Notes under the pieces: generated by a model
Databases searched by the model: none
Told to the model about the DNA's origin: nothing
The model's input: only the letters and a program-made list of their open reading frames with translations
Assembly (NCBI RefSeq): GCF_018350175.1
Contig: NC_058368.1
Span: forward strand, 91,700,001-91,764,000
Length of the DNA: 64,000 nt
Source: Felis catus
Lineage: Eukaryota
Direction: 5' to 3'
In this document: positions 24,251-36,080 of the stretch, piece after piece
How the letters are laid out: the number at the start of each line of letters is the position of its first letter
Numbering within the stretch: position 1 is the first letter of the stretch
Translations under genes and position numbers: made by a program

Positions 24251-25339
24251 GTTTATAGTTTATAGTCTGTGTTTCCCACTGGCATTAAGTTTCTTGCGAA
24301 CAGTTGACTTTTTTTGTTTCCAGTGCCACCCCTGTACCTAAATCAGTGCTTGGAACGGGACTTAATAAAAATGTGCTGAGTGAATTGATGAATATTTATT
24401 TAGTTAAAAAGTCTCCATGATATAAATCCTTTCTGTGCCACATGCTTCTACAGTTAAAAAGGGTAAGAAAGAAATATGGTGAGCTCTACTGATCTGTTTC
24501 ATTTTGGATTTATTTTTTAACATCCCACAGAGGGAGAGAAGATACTGAATCTTTAGGAAAAAGATATTTCCAATAAAAACCTCAGACGTGAAATTCAAGA
24601 AAATAATGATTTCGTTATGAATAAGAAAAAGGAACAGAACTATTGAAAATTTATTTTTCATGTAGCCTGCTGCTGTATCATAAACTATTTGTGAGCTAAA
24701 TTCCACTGACCGCCTGGTTTTGGACCAGGATGTAGTTTTGCTGACAAGAGAAAAGGGGACTGGGGAGGGTAACCCTTAAAGTTAATTAGGAAAGAAATTG
24801 ATGGAAAACTCTGACTTTTGAGGGGCTCCTGTGAAAATCTGATGAAAGCTAAGGACTTAGACAAAAGTGCCCATTCATGCAAAGCCTCACATGTAGTGTC
24901 AGGGTTTTGAGGATTTGCTGAGGCCTGAGGTTAAGAACTCTTGTTCTGAAGAATCTGTCAAAGCAAGTCCACGTTCCCGACTGGGACTGACCCCAGTCCC
25001 CTTGCTGAAGTACACGTTCTCTTGGCCAAGGGTTAGTTGGGCTAGCGTCTCTACACCCCTTCTTCAGTGCAATAAAAATGGTTCACTCTTATTAAGGGAA
25101 ATGAAATAGTATGAACACAAAATAATCACCTCGTGGTGTTGTTCAGCACCTTTCTTTCAAAGTTCTCAGGGCACTTTTTTAAAGCATCTATGCACAAAAC
25201 CCCATAGGGGTGTGTTGGGTGATAGGGTAGGAGTTGGTGAGCCCCTTCAGGGAGGTTTTGGGGATATAAGGTGTTGTTCATTGGACCGTGGCCTTGACTA
25301 TTCAGAAGTGATGTTAGAAGGAACTGGAAAAACAATACT

Positions 25340-25520
25340 GGCTTTGGGCAGACTCAAAATCCCAGCTCTCCCATTGACACGCTGTGTGATCTTGGGTAAG
25401 TTACTTAACCAGTCTGAGTTTCAGTTTTTCCATCTGTGTAAGAGGAGAATAACAATACTTACCTTTTAGGACTGTTGTGGAAATGAAGAATTACACATCA
25501 CAAGCACAATAGCTGGCACA
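25340..25520 (+). mobile_element. MIR SINE
   Basis: gctgtgtgatcttgggtaagttacttaacc…cagtttttccatctgt…aggactgttgtggaaatgaa. Confidence 0.85.
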
Positions 25521-26690
25521 GGGGCACCTGGGTGGCTCATTTGGCTAAGCACACGACTTCAGCTCAGGTCATGATCTCACAGTTTGTGACTTTGTGCCCC
25601 AAGCTGGGCTCTGTGCTGACAGCTCAGACCTGGAGCCTGCTTCAGATTCTGTGTCTCCCTCTCTCTCTGCCCCTCCCTTGCTCATGCTCTTTCTCTCTCT
25701 CTCAAAAATAAATAAACATGAAAATTTTTTTGAATGAATGAATGAATGAATGAATGAATGAATAAATCAATAAATCTCTCAGACTTTCCCCTCTTCCCAC
25801 CAGCCAGAAGAAACTCTGCTTCTAAAGGGCTGTGGTGGCTCACCTGGGTGGCTCAGTCGGTTAAGCATCCGACTTCGGCTCAGGTCATGAACTCGTGGTT
25901 TGTGAGTTTGAGCCCCGCATTGGGCTCTGTGCTGACAGCTCGGACCCTGGAGCCTGCTTCAGATTCTGTGTCTCCCTCTCTCTCTGCCCCTCCCTTGCTC
26001 ATGCTCTTTCTCTCTCTCTCAAAAATAAATAAACATGAAAATTTTTTTGAATGAATGAATGAATGAATAAATAAATCAATAAATCTCTCAGACTTTCCCC
26101 TCTTCCCACCAGCCAGAAGAAACTCTGCTTCTAAAGGGCTGTGGTGGCTCACCTGGGTGGCTCAGTCGGTTAAGCATCCGACTTCGGCTCAGGTCATGAA
26201 CTCGTGGTTTGTGAGTTTGAGCCCCGCATTGGGCTCTGTGCTGACAGCTCGGACCCTGGAGCCTGCTTCAGATTCTGTGTCTCCCTCTCTCTCTGCCCCT
26301 CCCTTGCTCATGCTCTTTCTCTCTCTCTCAAAAATAAATAAACATGAAAATTTTTTTGAATGAATGAATGAATAAATAAATCAATAAATCTCTCAGACTT
26401 TCCCCTCTTCCCACCAGCCAGAAGAAACTCTGCTTCTAAAGGGCTGTGGTGGCTCACCTGGGTGGCTCAGTCGGTTAAGCATCCGACTTCGGCTCAGGTC
26501 ATGAACTCGTGGTTTGTGAGTTTGAGCCCCGCGTTGGGCTCTGTGCTGACAGCTCGGACCCTGGAGCCTGCTTCAGATTTTTCAGATTTTTTGTGTCCCT
26601 CTCTCTCTGCCCGTCACCTGCTCACATTCTCTCTCTCTCTCTCTCTCAAAAATAAATAAACTTTAAAAAAATTAAAAGAAAAGAAAAGAA
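25521..26690 (+). repeat. Tandem array of four CanSINE units (one A, two B/A chimeras, one B) with a thrice-repeated (GAAT)n + unique spacer; period 305-309 bp
   Basis: cacctgggtggctcagtcgg recurs at 25841, 26150, 26455; spacer aaatctctcagactttcccctcttcccaccagccagaagaaactctgcttctaaagggctgtggtggct occurs three times identically. Confidence 0.97.
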
Positions 26691-27371
26691 AGGCCAGTGA
26701 GAAAAGATGCCTAAGAAAAATAAAACCATGTTTGCATGATGAAGGCTCCCTTTGGGCCTCTGCACAGTGGGCTGGCTGGATGAGACACTCGCAATCTGTC
26801 CCCACGTCCAGGCTAGAAGGTTCTCTCCATTCTAGGACTGTTGGGGAGGCACATCCCACCTCCTGCCATGACCAAGTCTGCATATCAGCAGCCGCCACCG
26901 ACCTGGCCCAGGAGATGGGACGCTTGGCCACTCTGCCTGCAGGTGGGGTGCTCTCTGAGAGGGCAGCAGATGGCAGGGTGTCCCCAGGCTCTGTCAGATG
27001 CTGACAGACACGACACCCATTATGGCTGCCTGCCTTGTGCTTGGCTCACCCAGGGACACTAGGCTGGGGCCTTTGTCCAGGATCCGGGGTGCCGATTGCC
27101 CCATGTCCCGCTCTTCACCCAAGCCTTGGATTCTGGAACTGACACTTCTTCAGAATGTGGCTCCTCCAGCACATGTGCATAGAGTGCATAGAATTTGCAG
27201 AATGTTGTGGGCGGAGAGAAACAATATCTCAGAGTAAGGATGTGAATACTGTCTAGGCAGACGAGGCTGGGAGCAGGGAGGGTTAGACAGGAGGTGGACA
27301 GAGGGAGCCTACTCATGGGCAGTGTCCCAGAAGGAACAAGGGCCTTTCTGCTCATGTTTAAAGTTGAGAAT

Positions 27372-27429
27372 CTTTTTTAAGTTTATTTTTATTTATTTTG
27401 AGAGAGAAAGAAAGAGCTAGTGGGGGAGG

Positions 27430-27473
<44 letters not shown>

Positions 27474-27590
27474 CCCAAGAAGGCTCTGTGCTGTCAGTGC
27501 AGAGCCCGATGCAGGGCTTGAACTCAAGAACCATGAGATGGTGACCTGAGTTGAGGTTAAAAGTTGGACGCTTAACCGACTGAGCCACCT
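27372..27590 (-). mobile_element. CanSINE
   Basis: Body with long (GA)n; TSD aagttgagaat. Confidence 0.93.
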
Positions 27591-27599
27591 GAAGTTGAG

Positions 27600-28126
27600 A
27601 ATTTATCTGCTTCTGGGTTATGTACTCAAAAGAGTTGAAAGCAGGGACCCGAACAGATATTTGCACACCTATGTTTGTAACAGCATTATTGACAGTAGCC
27701 AAAAGGTGGCAGTAACACAAGTGTCCATTGAGGGGTGAAGCAAATGGAATATCATTCCATCTTAAAAAGGAAGGGGATTCTGGCACACGCCACAACAGGG
27801 ATGAACCTTGAGGACACTATATACTAAGTGAAATCAGCCAGTCACAGATGAGGAACCATCTTGTGGTGAGATCCACAAGATCAAAGTAGAAGAGTGATTG
27901 TCAGCGGCTGGGGAAGGGGAGGCATGAAGGGTCATGTGATACAGACAGAGTTTCACTTTTGAAAGAGGGAAAAAGTTCGGGATGGTGGTAATGGCCACAT
28001 TAATGTGAATGGACTTGATGTCAGTGAACTCCTACCTAAAAGTGGTCAACATGGTAAAATTTTTTAAGTTTTTTTTTTAATGTTTCTTTATTTTTGAGAG
28101 AGACAAAGCGTGAGTGGGGGAGGGAC

Positions 28127-28167
<41 letters not shown>

Positions 28168-28342
28168 ATCTGAAGCAGGCTCCAGGCTCTGAGCTGTCAA
28201 CACAGAGCCCCACACAGGGCTCAAACTCACAAACTGTGAGATCATGACCTGAGCTGAAGTCAGATGCTGTTTAACTGACTGAGCCACCCAGGCACCCCCA
28301 AAGTGGTAAATTTTATGTTGTATATATTTTGCCACAATAAAA
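27600..28342 (+). mobile_element. L1 (L1MA/MB-like) 3' end, interrupted by a SINE
   Basis: tttgcacacctatgtttgtaacagcattatt…gatgaaccttgaggacactatatactaagtgaaat…ggtaaattttatgttgtatatattttgccacaataaaa. Confidence 0.85.
28058..28299 (-). mobile_element. CanSINE
   Basis: Full body; TSD-like tggtaaa(a)tttt. Confidence 0.93.
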
Positions 28343-28352
28343 GCATGTTTTA

Positions 28353-28520
28353 AGGGGGGCCAGGGTGGCTCAGTAGGTTAAGCAGCATACTCTTGATTTC
28401 AGCTCGGGTCATGATCTCATGGTTCAGGAGTTTGAGCCGTACATCAGGCTCTGCATGGAGCCTGCTTGGGATTCTCTTTCTCTCTTCTCTCAAAATAAAT
28501 AAATAAACATTAAAAAAATT
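28353..28520 (+). mobile_element. CanSINE
   Basis: ggggggccagggtggctcag head; TSD-like aaaagcat(g/t)ttttaa. Confidence 0.9.
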
Positions 28521-29062
28521 ATCAAAAGCATTTTTAAAGTTGGGGATGTATAAATTAAACATTGGGTCCTGAACACCACAGAGGGGAAACACAGGCTCCA
28601 GGGCCTTGGCCCAGCCCTCCTCTCTGAGCTATAGAGGTGACAGGGTCTTGTCTGGGCTGCAGGGCCACCTGGAGAACCAAGGGAGGTGGCCAGCTCCACT
28701 CCTGGCCCACCTTGGGCTCTCCCCACTGCCAGCCCCTCCCCTCCCCTCGGGCTCCCCGGCACGCCTGGTGTGTTTGCACTGTCACCTGGCTCAGAGGGAT
28801 GGGGTGATACATGGCCCATGAGTGAGATGTGGGCGTGATTTCAGCCACTGTCACAGCGGAGGGAAGAGAGTGTTTTTGAAGCTCAAGGCCAAGTACTGCA
28901 GGGTCTCTCATAGTAGAATGATCCACTGTGAGAGGGTAGGTCTCTCTCCCACCTGTCTGTCCCTCTGAAGTGGGGTAAGGATTAAGTGAAAGGATGCTAT
29001 CCCGTCCCCAGAAGAGTACTACCCCAGAAAGCCCTCAGGGGCCAGTGGAGTCATTGATATTC

Positions 29063-29118
29063 CTTTTTTTTTTTTTTTTAAGTTTATTTTATGATGGAGA
29101 CAGCACGAGTGGGGGAGG

Positions 29119-29166
<48 letters not shown>

Positions 29167-29293
29167 CCCAAGCAGGCTCTGCACTGTCAACACAGAGCCC
29201 GACTTTGGGCTCGAACTCATGAAACTGTGAGATCATAACCTGAGCTGAAACCAAGACTTGGACGCTTAACCGACTGAGCCACCCAGGTGCCCC
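29063..29293 (-). mobile_element. CanSINE
   Basis: Full body; TSD gtcattgatat. Confidence 0.95.
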
Positions 29294-30299
29294 AGGGGTC
29301 ATTGATATGCTTGCATTCACTGTCATCTGCACCGGTTCCCCTCACACGCTGAGTCCTGTCTCCTTCCTCCCCAAACGCAGAACCAAACCAGACAGACTTC
29401 CAGCACCTTCTCCAGCTCCAGCGCCTTCTCCCAAAGCAGGCAATGTGCACCCCCAGGAGAGGTTCTTCCGCGATGCACACACGGGGCATTAAATAACATC
29501 AGCCTACCTTGCAGCACGTTGCCCCGTTCCAGTTCTTTCTCCATGACCTCGAGGAGAAAACCTCACATTGGTGCTGGTGTGTCCCTCACGCTTCTCACTC
29601 CTGCTTGTTCCCCTTTTTCGCAAACGGAGAGTGTAGGCCTCAGACTCTGTGACTCCAGTGGGCTGCGGTGTCTGGTTATAATTGAATAACTTCCTTTCCT
29701 CGTATTTATTTTTAGGGCTTCTTTCTATTTTTGGCAAGTGTAACTGGTTTTCTATTTACCGGAGTGTATAACGTTTACTTGTGGAATAACTTAAAAAAAA
29801 AAAAAAAAAAAACACGAATTGGTTTAAACAGAACTCGTCTGCATCCGCCAGACACTGGCCCAGACGTAAGCTCTTCCCTGCGGTTTTCCAGGACGTCCCA
29901 CCCCCACCGTCTGAACGACAGAAGAGCAGGTAGCGGCCGATGTTCGCAGCACATGTCACAGTGTGTGGAAATTGCCTCTTTGTAGGTGTAAAGAATACAC
30001 TTACTTGAGACGGGGAGCAAGACGGGCCACTTCCCTGCCCCCAGTCCCCATCTTGCAGCCAGCCAGGAGCTGTTTGTCATCAGGAGTGTTTGTCACCTCT
30101 AGGCTGCTGGCTGAGAGGGGAGGAAGGATTTCCCCCTTGGGCACAGGGACAGGGTGAGGTCAGCACTCTCTCTCTTTCCCAAAGGCCCCCTTGGTCCAGG
30201 CAGGACCAGGAGACTCCTAAGAATTAATTTAGTCCACGTGGCTCCACTCATCATGTTATGAGATCCTCCAACTTAATCTTGTGTTTTAAAAAAAAAAAA

Positions 30300-30805
30300 A
30301 AAAATTTTTTTTAATGTATTTATTTTTGAGAGAGAGAAAAATCATGATCAGGGGAGGGGCAAAGCGAGAGGGAGACACAGAATCGGAAGCAGTCTCCAGG
30401 CTCTGAGCTGTCAGCACAGAGCCCGACACGGGGCTCGAACTCTCAAGCCGTGAGATCATGACCTGAGCCGATGTCTGATGCTGCTTAACTGAGCCACCCA
30501 GGCACCCCGACTTAATCTTGTAACAGTAACTAGTGTATTACTACAGGTCTATGGCATTTCACATCTCCTACCTTTTCTCCTCCTTTTCCTCCTCCTCCTC
30601 CTTCTCCGTTTGTTTATTTTTGAGAGACACACACACAGAGCATGAGTAGGGGAGGGGCAGAGAGAGGGAGACACAGAATCTAAAGCTGGCTGCAGGCTCT
30701 GAGCTGTCAACACAGAGGCTCACACAGGGCTCGAACCCACGAACCTTGAGATCATGACCTGAGCCGAAGTTGGCTGCTTAACTGACTGAGCCACCCAGGC
30801 GCCCC
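30300..30805 (-). mobile_element. Two co-oriented CanSINEs (30300-30508, 30608-30805)
   Basis: Two full bodies; the first has TSD acttaatcttgt. Confidence 0.93.
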
Positions 30806-31480
30806 TCATACCTTTTATCACACCTATTCTTTTATTTATTCTTCAAAATAAGCCCTCAGTGGAGGGACTCTTATCCCCATTTTACAGCCAGGGAAACTGA
30901 GGCTCAAGCTTGCCCCACAGTCATGCAGCTGGAATAGGGACACACTGCCATGTTCCACTTTCTGTACCCTTTCGGCTGCCCCACTTTGGCTGCTGTGTCA
31001 CCAGCTGACCTTCAGACATGGCTGTCCCCCACCTGGCCTGGAGGGCTTGGTGCTGCTTTGATAGCCCCTCCCACTGGGCGGAGGTGTTATGTATGGATCT
31101 TCTGCAGAAGCACACTCACCTCCCATGGACTGTGTCCGTGGCTCTGATGTCATCCTGTGTGGCCAAGAGGCAGCAGGTGCAGGGCCACTCCCTCCACCCC
31201 CTTCCCCAGCTCTAAGGACCCAGAAAACAACCTGCTTGGCCTATGGACTGGCAAGACCAGAAGGAGCGGGTCCCTGACACCTGGCCTGGGGATGACGGTG
31301 CTGGCTTGTCGTGCACACTCCAGCCTGGAAGGTGCTAAGCTGGGCCTGTCTCAGGTTTCTGCCACTGTGGCTGCTGTGTCCTTAAGCACTGGGACCCTTC
31401 AGCCTGGGGAGCCTCAGAATGATCACACGAAGAAAGGTTGGCACTTTCCTTTGTGATAGCTATAGAAAAAAAAAAAACAG

Positions 31481-31697
31481 CTTTTTTTTTTTTAAGTTTA
31501 TTTATTTATTTTGAGAGACAGAGTGAGCATGAGTGGAGGAAGGGTGGAGCGAGAGGGAGAGAGTGAGAGACTCCCAAGCAGGTTCCACACTATCAGCACA
31601 GAGTCTGATACGGGGCTCCAACTCACGAACGATGAGATCATGACCTGAGTGGAAACCAAGAGGTGGCCATTTAACAGACTGAGCCACCCAGGTGCCC
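31481..31697 (-). mobile_element. CanSINE
   Basis: Full body. Confidence 0.92.
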
Positions 31698-31714
31698 TTA
31701 CCTCAGCTTTTTAT

Positions 31715-31940
31715 AAGAAAGAAAAGAAAAGAAAAGAAAAGAAAAGAAAAGAAAAGAAAAGAAAAGAAAAGAAAAGAAAAGAAAAGAAAAGAAAGAAAAA
31801 AGAAAGAAAGGGGGAGGGAAGAAGGAAGGAAGGAAGGAAGGAAGGAAGGAAGGAAGGAAGGAAGGAAGGAAGGAAGGAAAGAAGGAAGGAAGGAAAGAAG
31901 GAAGGAAGGAAGGAAGGAAGGAAGGAAAGGAGAAAAAAAA
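31715..31940. repeat. Pure polypurine compound microsatellite (GAAAA)n-(GGAA)n
   Basis: About 226 nt with no pyrimidine on the + strand. Confidence 0.97.
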
Positions 31941-32040
31941 CCTATTATGACAATGCTGATGGCTAGTAAGCAGTGTTGCCCGTGCCCAAGGTATACCTGC
32001 TCATCTCATCCTCCCACAGTGTGGGTCTTGTTGATGTTCC

Positions 32041-32337
32041 TATTTTATTTTATTTTATTTTATTTTATTTTATTTTATTTTATTTTATTTTATTTTGTTT
32101 TATTTTATTTTTTAAATTAAATTTAAATTTAAATTTAATTTAATTTAATTTTATCATTTTAGAGAGAGAAAGAGAGAGTGGGGAAGAGGGGCAGAGGGAA
32201 AGGAGAGAGAGAATCCCAAGCAGGCTCCATGCTCAGTGCAGAGCCCAACGTGGGGCTCGAACCCACGACCCTGGGATCATTACCAGAGCTGAAAGCAAGG
32301 GTCGGACGCTCAACCGACTGAGCCACCCAGGGTCCCC
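32041..32337 (-). mobile_element. CanSINE with expanded (TTTTA)n tail
   Basis: Pentanucleotide tail about 32041-32150, then SINE body. Confidence 0.92.
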
Positions 32338-32634
32338 GATGTTCCCATTTTAAAGATGTGGAATGAGCAAAGCAAGTAAGGAGTGGAGATGCATTTAGAA
32401 GGGAAGCAGGTGGCCCTCTAGGACAGGGATGATGGCTAGGGAGCTTGAGGTCTGGTGTGACAGGCCTCTGAGGAGCAGCAGCAGAGAGTCTGGCAGAGTG
32501 GGCTGGTGTGGACACTTAAGAGACTTTCTCAAAGGCTTCCTGAAGCATGCACTGTGTATGAACATCTGGGGTCGAGGCTGGACTAGAAGTGAGCAGTCGC
32601 CAGTGTCCCTGTGTCACTCAGTCGTTCGTATTTA

Positions 32635-32910
32635 GTATGACCCAGAGAGACAAATACTACGTGATCGAATTTACATGAGGAATCTAATAAAATAGACTTA
32701 GAGGAGCAGAGAGCGGATGGTGATAGCCTGGGGCTGGAACGAGGGGGCATCAGGAGGTGATGGTCAAAGGTACAAAGTCTTGGTTACATAGGGCAAGTGA
32801 GTTCTGGGGGTCTGCTGTCCAGCCTGGTGTCTGTAGCTGACAATGCGTTAGCATATACTTCAGTGTTTGCCAAAAGAGTAGATCTTATGTTCTTATTACA
32901 CACACACACA

Positions 32911-32961
<51 letters not shown>

Positions 32962-33140
32962 CAATAATAATAAAGAAGTCCAGAAGAATCTTTTGGAGGT
33001 GATAGATATATGTTCATGGCATAGACTTTGGTGATGGTTTTACCTCCAAATCATCTCCCAAATCAAGTTATATGTTAAACATGCACAGCTTTTTTTGTAT
33101 ATCAGTTATACTTCAATAAAATCATTTAAAATATATATTT
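32635..33140 (+). mobile_element. L1MA-like 3' end(s) containing (CA)n at 32898-32960
   Basis: gacaaatactac…gatggtcaaaggtacaaag…aaagagtagatctt…ttttggaggtgatagatat…tcagttatacttcaataaa. Confidence 0.8.
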
Positions 33141-33142
33141 AA

Positions 33143-33345
33143 GGGCACCTGGGCGGCTCATTCAGTTGAGCGTCCGACTTCGGTTCAGGTCATGATCTCA
33201 CGGCTCATGAGTTCGACCCCTGCGTTGGGCTCTGTGCTGACAGCCCAGAGCCTGGAGCCTGCTTCAGATTCTGTGTCTCCCTCTCTCTCTGCCCCTCTCC
33301 CACTTGAGCTCTGTCTCTCTCACTCTCAAAAATAATCATTAAAAT
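33143..33345 (+). mobile_element. CanSINE
   Basis: gggcacctgggcggctca head, full body. Confidence 0.93.
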
Positions 33346-33406
33346 CAGAAATCTCCCCACTTTTGGCATACCAAATCTCTCATAGTACTCATCACCTTTT
33401 AACATG

Positions 33407-33407
<1 letters not shown>

Positions 33408-33466
<59 letters not shown>

Positions 33467-33658
33467 GAGTTTGTTTGAGAGAGAGAGAAAAAGAATGCAA
33501 GCAAGGGAGGGGCAGAGAGAGAGGGAGAGAGAATCCCAAGCAGGCTCCACACTGTCAGCACAGAGCCAGATCAGATTCGGGGCTCAAACCCAGAAAACTC
33601 TGAGACCATGACCTGAGCTGAAACCGATGCTCAACCAACTGAGCCAGCCAGGTGCCCC
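33408..33658 (-). mobile_element. CanSINE whose tail region is a (TCTA)n tetranucleotide STR (33408-33466)
   Basis: About 14 perfect tcta units followed by the SINE body. Confidence 0.9.
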
Positions 33659-34676
33659 AGTTACCTACTTACCACATTACACCCCGCATCCCTCTGGAAT
33701 GTGGCCCCCATGAGGGCAGGCTGTTTGCAGTTCTGTTCACTGCTGTGGTCCCAGCACCAAGGGGCTCAGATCATGCTAGAGAGAGTATGCTGGGGGCTGG
33801 GGGCGGCCAGAAGGCACACCCAGGCCAGACAAGGCCTCTTCTTCTGCCTTCAGGCGAGCTGGGTGGGGGCCATAGGCGGGGCTCAGCCAGCAGGCCTGCT
33901 CCAGGGCAATGTCAGCGGGGGTTATCTGTGGCTGTGTGAAGAATGCTTTTAAACTGGTGCCTGGGTTCCTGACCTCCCAAGAGAGAAAACAGATGCACGC
34001 TTTAACCCCTTCTTGCTCCAGGAGGAGCCCAGCCTGTAAGGTTTTAAGGAGTCTAGCTCAAGCTAGAGAATTTCTGGCCTTTGGACCCTAAGGGTTAATG
34101 AGAGCCTGGTGCTCCCAGGACCAAATCTTCTAATTCCCAGAACTAACAGCAGGATCTCTGAACCCCAGTCCTCGGAAGCCTGTCACCTGTCAGGGTCTCA
34201 TTAACAACTGGAAGGCCCACCCGTGCTTCCCAGAGGGTTCGATGTATACACCACGCGGGTCATGGAGGTGGAAGTACTGTTTTCTTTTGCCACTGGGAGG
34301 TCAGGAGCACCTCAGAAGACCACTCTGCACCTGGCTGGGCTTTGGATATGCTTTTTAAATCGAATTAACTCTTTTCAGGGCTCTCCTCAAAGCCTCTGCT
34401 TCAGTATTGTTTACAATAACGTATTAAATACACAGGCCACCTTGTCGTTTGCCATATGATGTTTTGGAAGGAGACTGAGCTTAAGCTGAATACTTCTGTT
34501 CAAGTGCAGCTGCTGCTGTGTGACCTTGGGCAACTCACTTAAACTCTCTGCGCTGTTTCCTGGTCTTCAAAACCCTGCTGCATGGAGCTGTTATCAGGCC
34601 GAGGGGACACTGGGGATCTGCAGACCTAGCTTCCGAGCCAGTTTTGTTTTGTTTAAAAGAGCGTTTTAAAGTATTT

Positions 34677-35270
34677 GAGGGGCGCCTGGGTGGCTCAGTC
34701 AGTTAAGCATCCGACTCTTGGTCTCGGCTCGAGAGCCAAGAGTTCGAGCCCTGCGTCAGGCTATGCCCTGTCAGTGCGGAGCCTGCTTGGGATTCTCTCT
34801 CTTCCTCTCTCTCTCTCTGTCCCTCCCGTTATCTCCCTTTTTCTCTCTCAAAATAAATGCACTTTTTAAAAAAATTAAAAATAAATAAAGCTTTTGAATG
34901 AATTGTTAAAAATATAGATATCCCTTAAGTCCTGCTTCCCAAGCTCTTTTACAAGTGGGAAGTTCTAGCAGCAGGGCTGACATTCCTGCATTTCCACAGT
35001 GAGGGCCGAGTGACAGCCACAGCCTTCACGTGTACCCCGGGGATGACAGTGCCTTATAAATAGCAGTGTGCTATAATTACGTGTGTTACATCAGGGAGGA
35101 GATACTGTGTCTAAAAGGGGTGCCAGGGGCACCCGGTGGCTCAGTCAGTTAAGCATCTGACACTCATGGTCAGGTTATGATCTCACGGTTCATGAGATTG
35201 AGCTCTGCATTGGGCTCTGTGCTTGGGATTCTCTCTCTTCTTCTCTCTCTCTGTCCCTCCCCTTGCTCAT

Positions 35271-35306
<36 letters not shown>

Positions 35307-35345
35307 CCCCCCCCAAAATAAATAAATAAACTTAATAAAAATAAA
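34677..35345 (+). mobile_element. Two CanSINEs (34677-34890, 35126-35345)
   Basis: Two heads, (CT)n tracts and A tails; the second has TSD taaaagggg t. Confidence 0.9.
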
Positions 35346-35356
35346 GGGGGTACTGA

Positions 35357-36080
35357 ATATGGAAGCAGACAAATGTCCATCAGTAGAAGCACAGAGAAAC
35401 AAAATGTGTTGTTTACATTGGAATATGGAAGTTTACAAATATAATATTTACAATGGAATATTAGTCAGCCTTAAAAAGAAGGGCATTCTGATGCATGTTA
35501 CAACATGGATGAACCTTGAGGACATCACGCTAAGTGAAATAAGCCAGTCACAAAAGGACAACTACCATATGGTTCCACTTGTATGAAGAGCGGATTCCAG
35601 CTCCCTGGAGTTGTCAGATTCATAGAGACAGAAAGGAGAAGGGGGTTTCCAGGGGCTGGGGAAGGGGGAGATGGGGAGTTAGTATTTGACGGATAAAGAG
35701 TTTCAATTTGGGAAGATGAAAAAGTGCCAGAAATGGATGCTGGTGATGGTTGCACTAAGTGTGAATGTACTTCACACCCCTGAACTCTACACGTTTAATG
35801 TTTGTTTTTAGTTTATTTTATTAAAATTTTTTATAACGTTTATTTATTTTTGAGAGACAGAGCATGAGCAGGGGAGGGGCCAACCGAGAGGGAGACACAG
35901 AATCTGAAGCAGACTCCGATCTATCAGCACAGAGGCCAATGGTGGGGCTCAAACTCACAACAGTGAGATCATGACCTGAGCCAAATTCGGACGCTTAACA
36001 GACTGAGCTACCCAGGCACCCCTGAACTTTATACTTAAAATGGTTAAGATGGTCAATTTTATGTGACGGGTATGTTACCA
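35357..36080 (+). mobile_element. L1MB-like 3' end, interrupted by a CanSINE (35795-36022, - strand)
   Basis: acaacatggatgaaccttgaggacatcacgctaagtgaaataagccagtcacaaaagga…cttaaaatggttaagatggt; SINE TSD ccctgaact(c/t)ta(c/t)ac. Confidence 0.88.

Noticed and set aside
23983..24265. Hydrophobic Tyr/Leu/Cys-rich ORFs in three frames
   Set aside because: Translation of the TATC/TATG microsatellite.
25521..26690. CRISPR-like or repeated-gene interpretation of the array
   Set aside because: Units are SINE plus an identical spacer in a mammalian genome; there are no variable spacers or cas genes, and the repeated ORFs are SINE translations.
31649..32120. Lys/Glu/Arg-rich ORFs
   Set aside because: Translation of (GAAAA)n, (GGAA)n and (TTTTA)n microsatellites.
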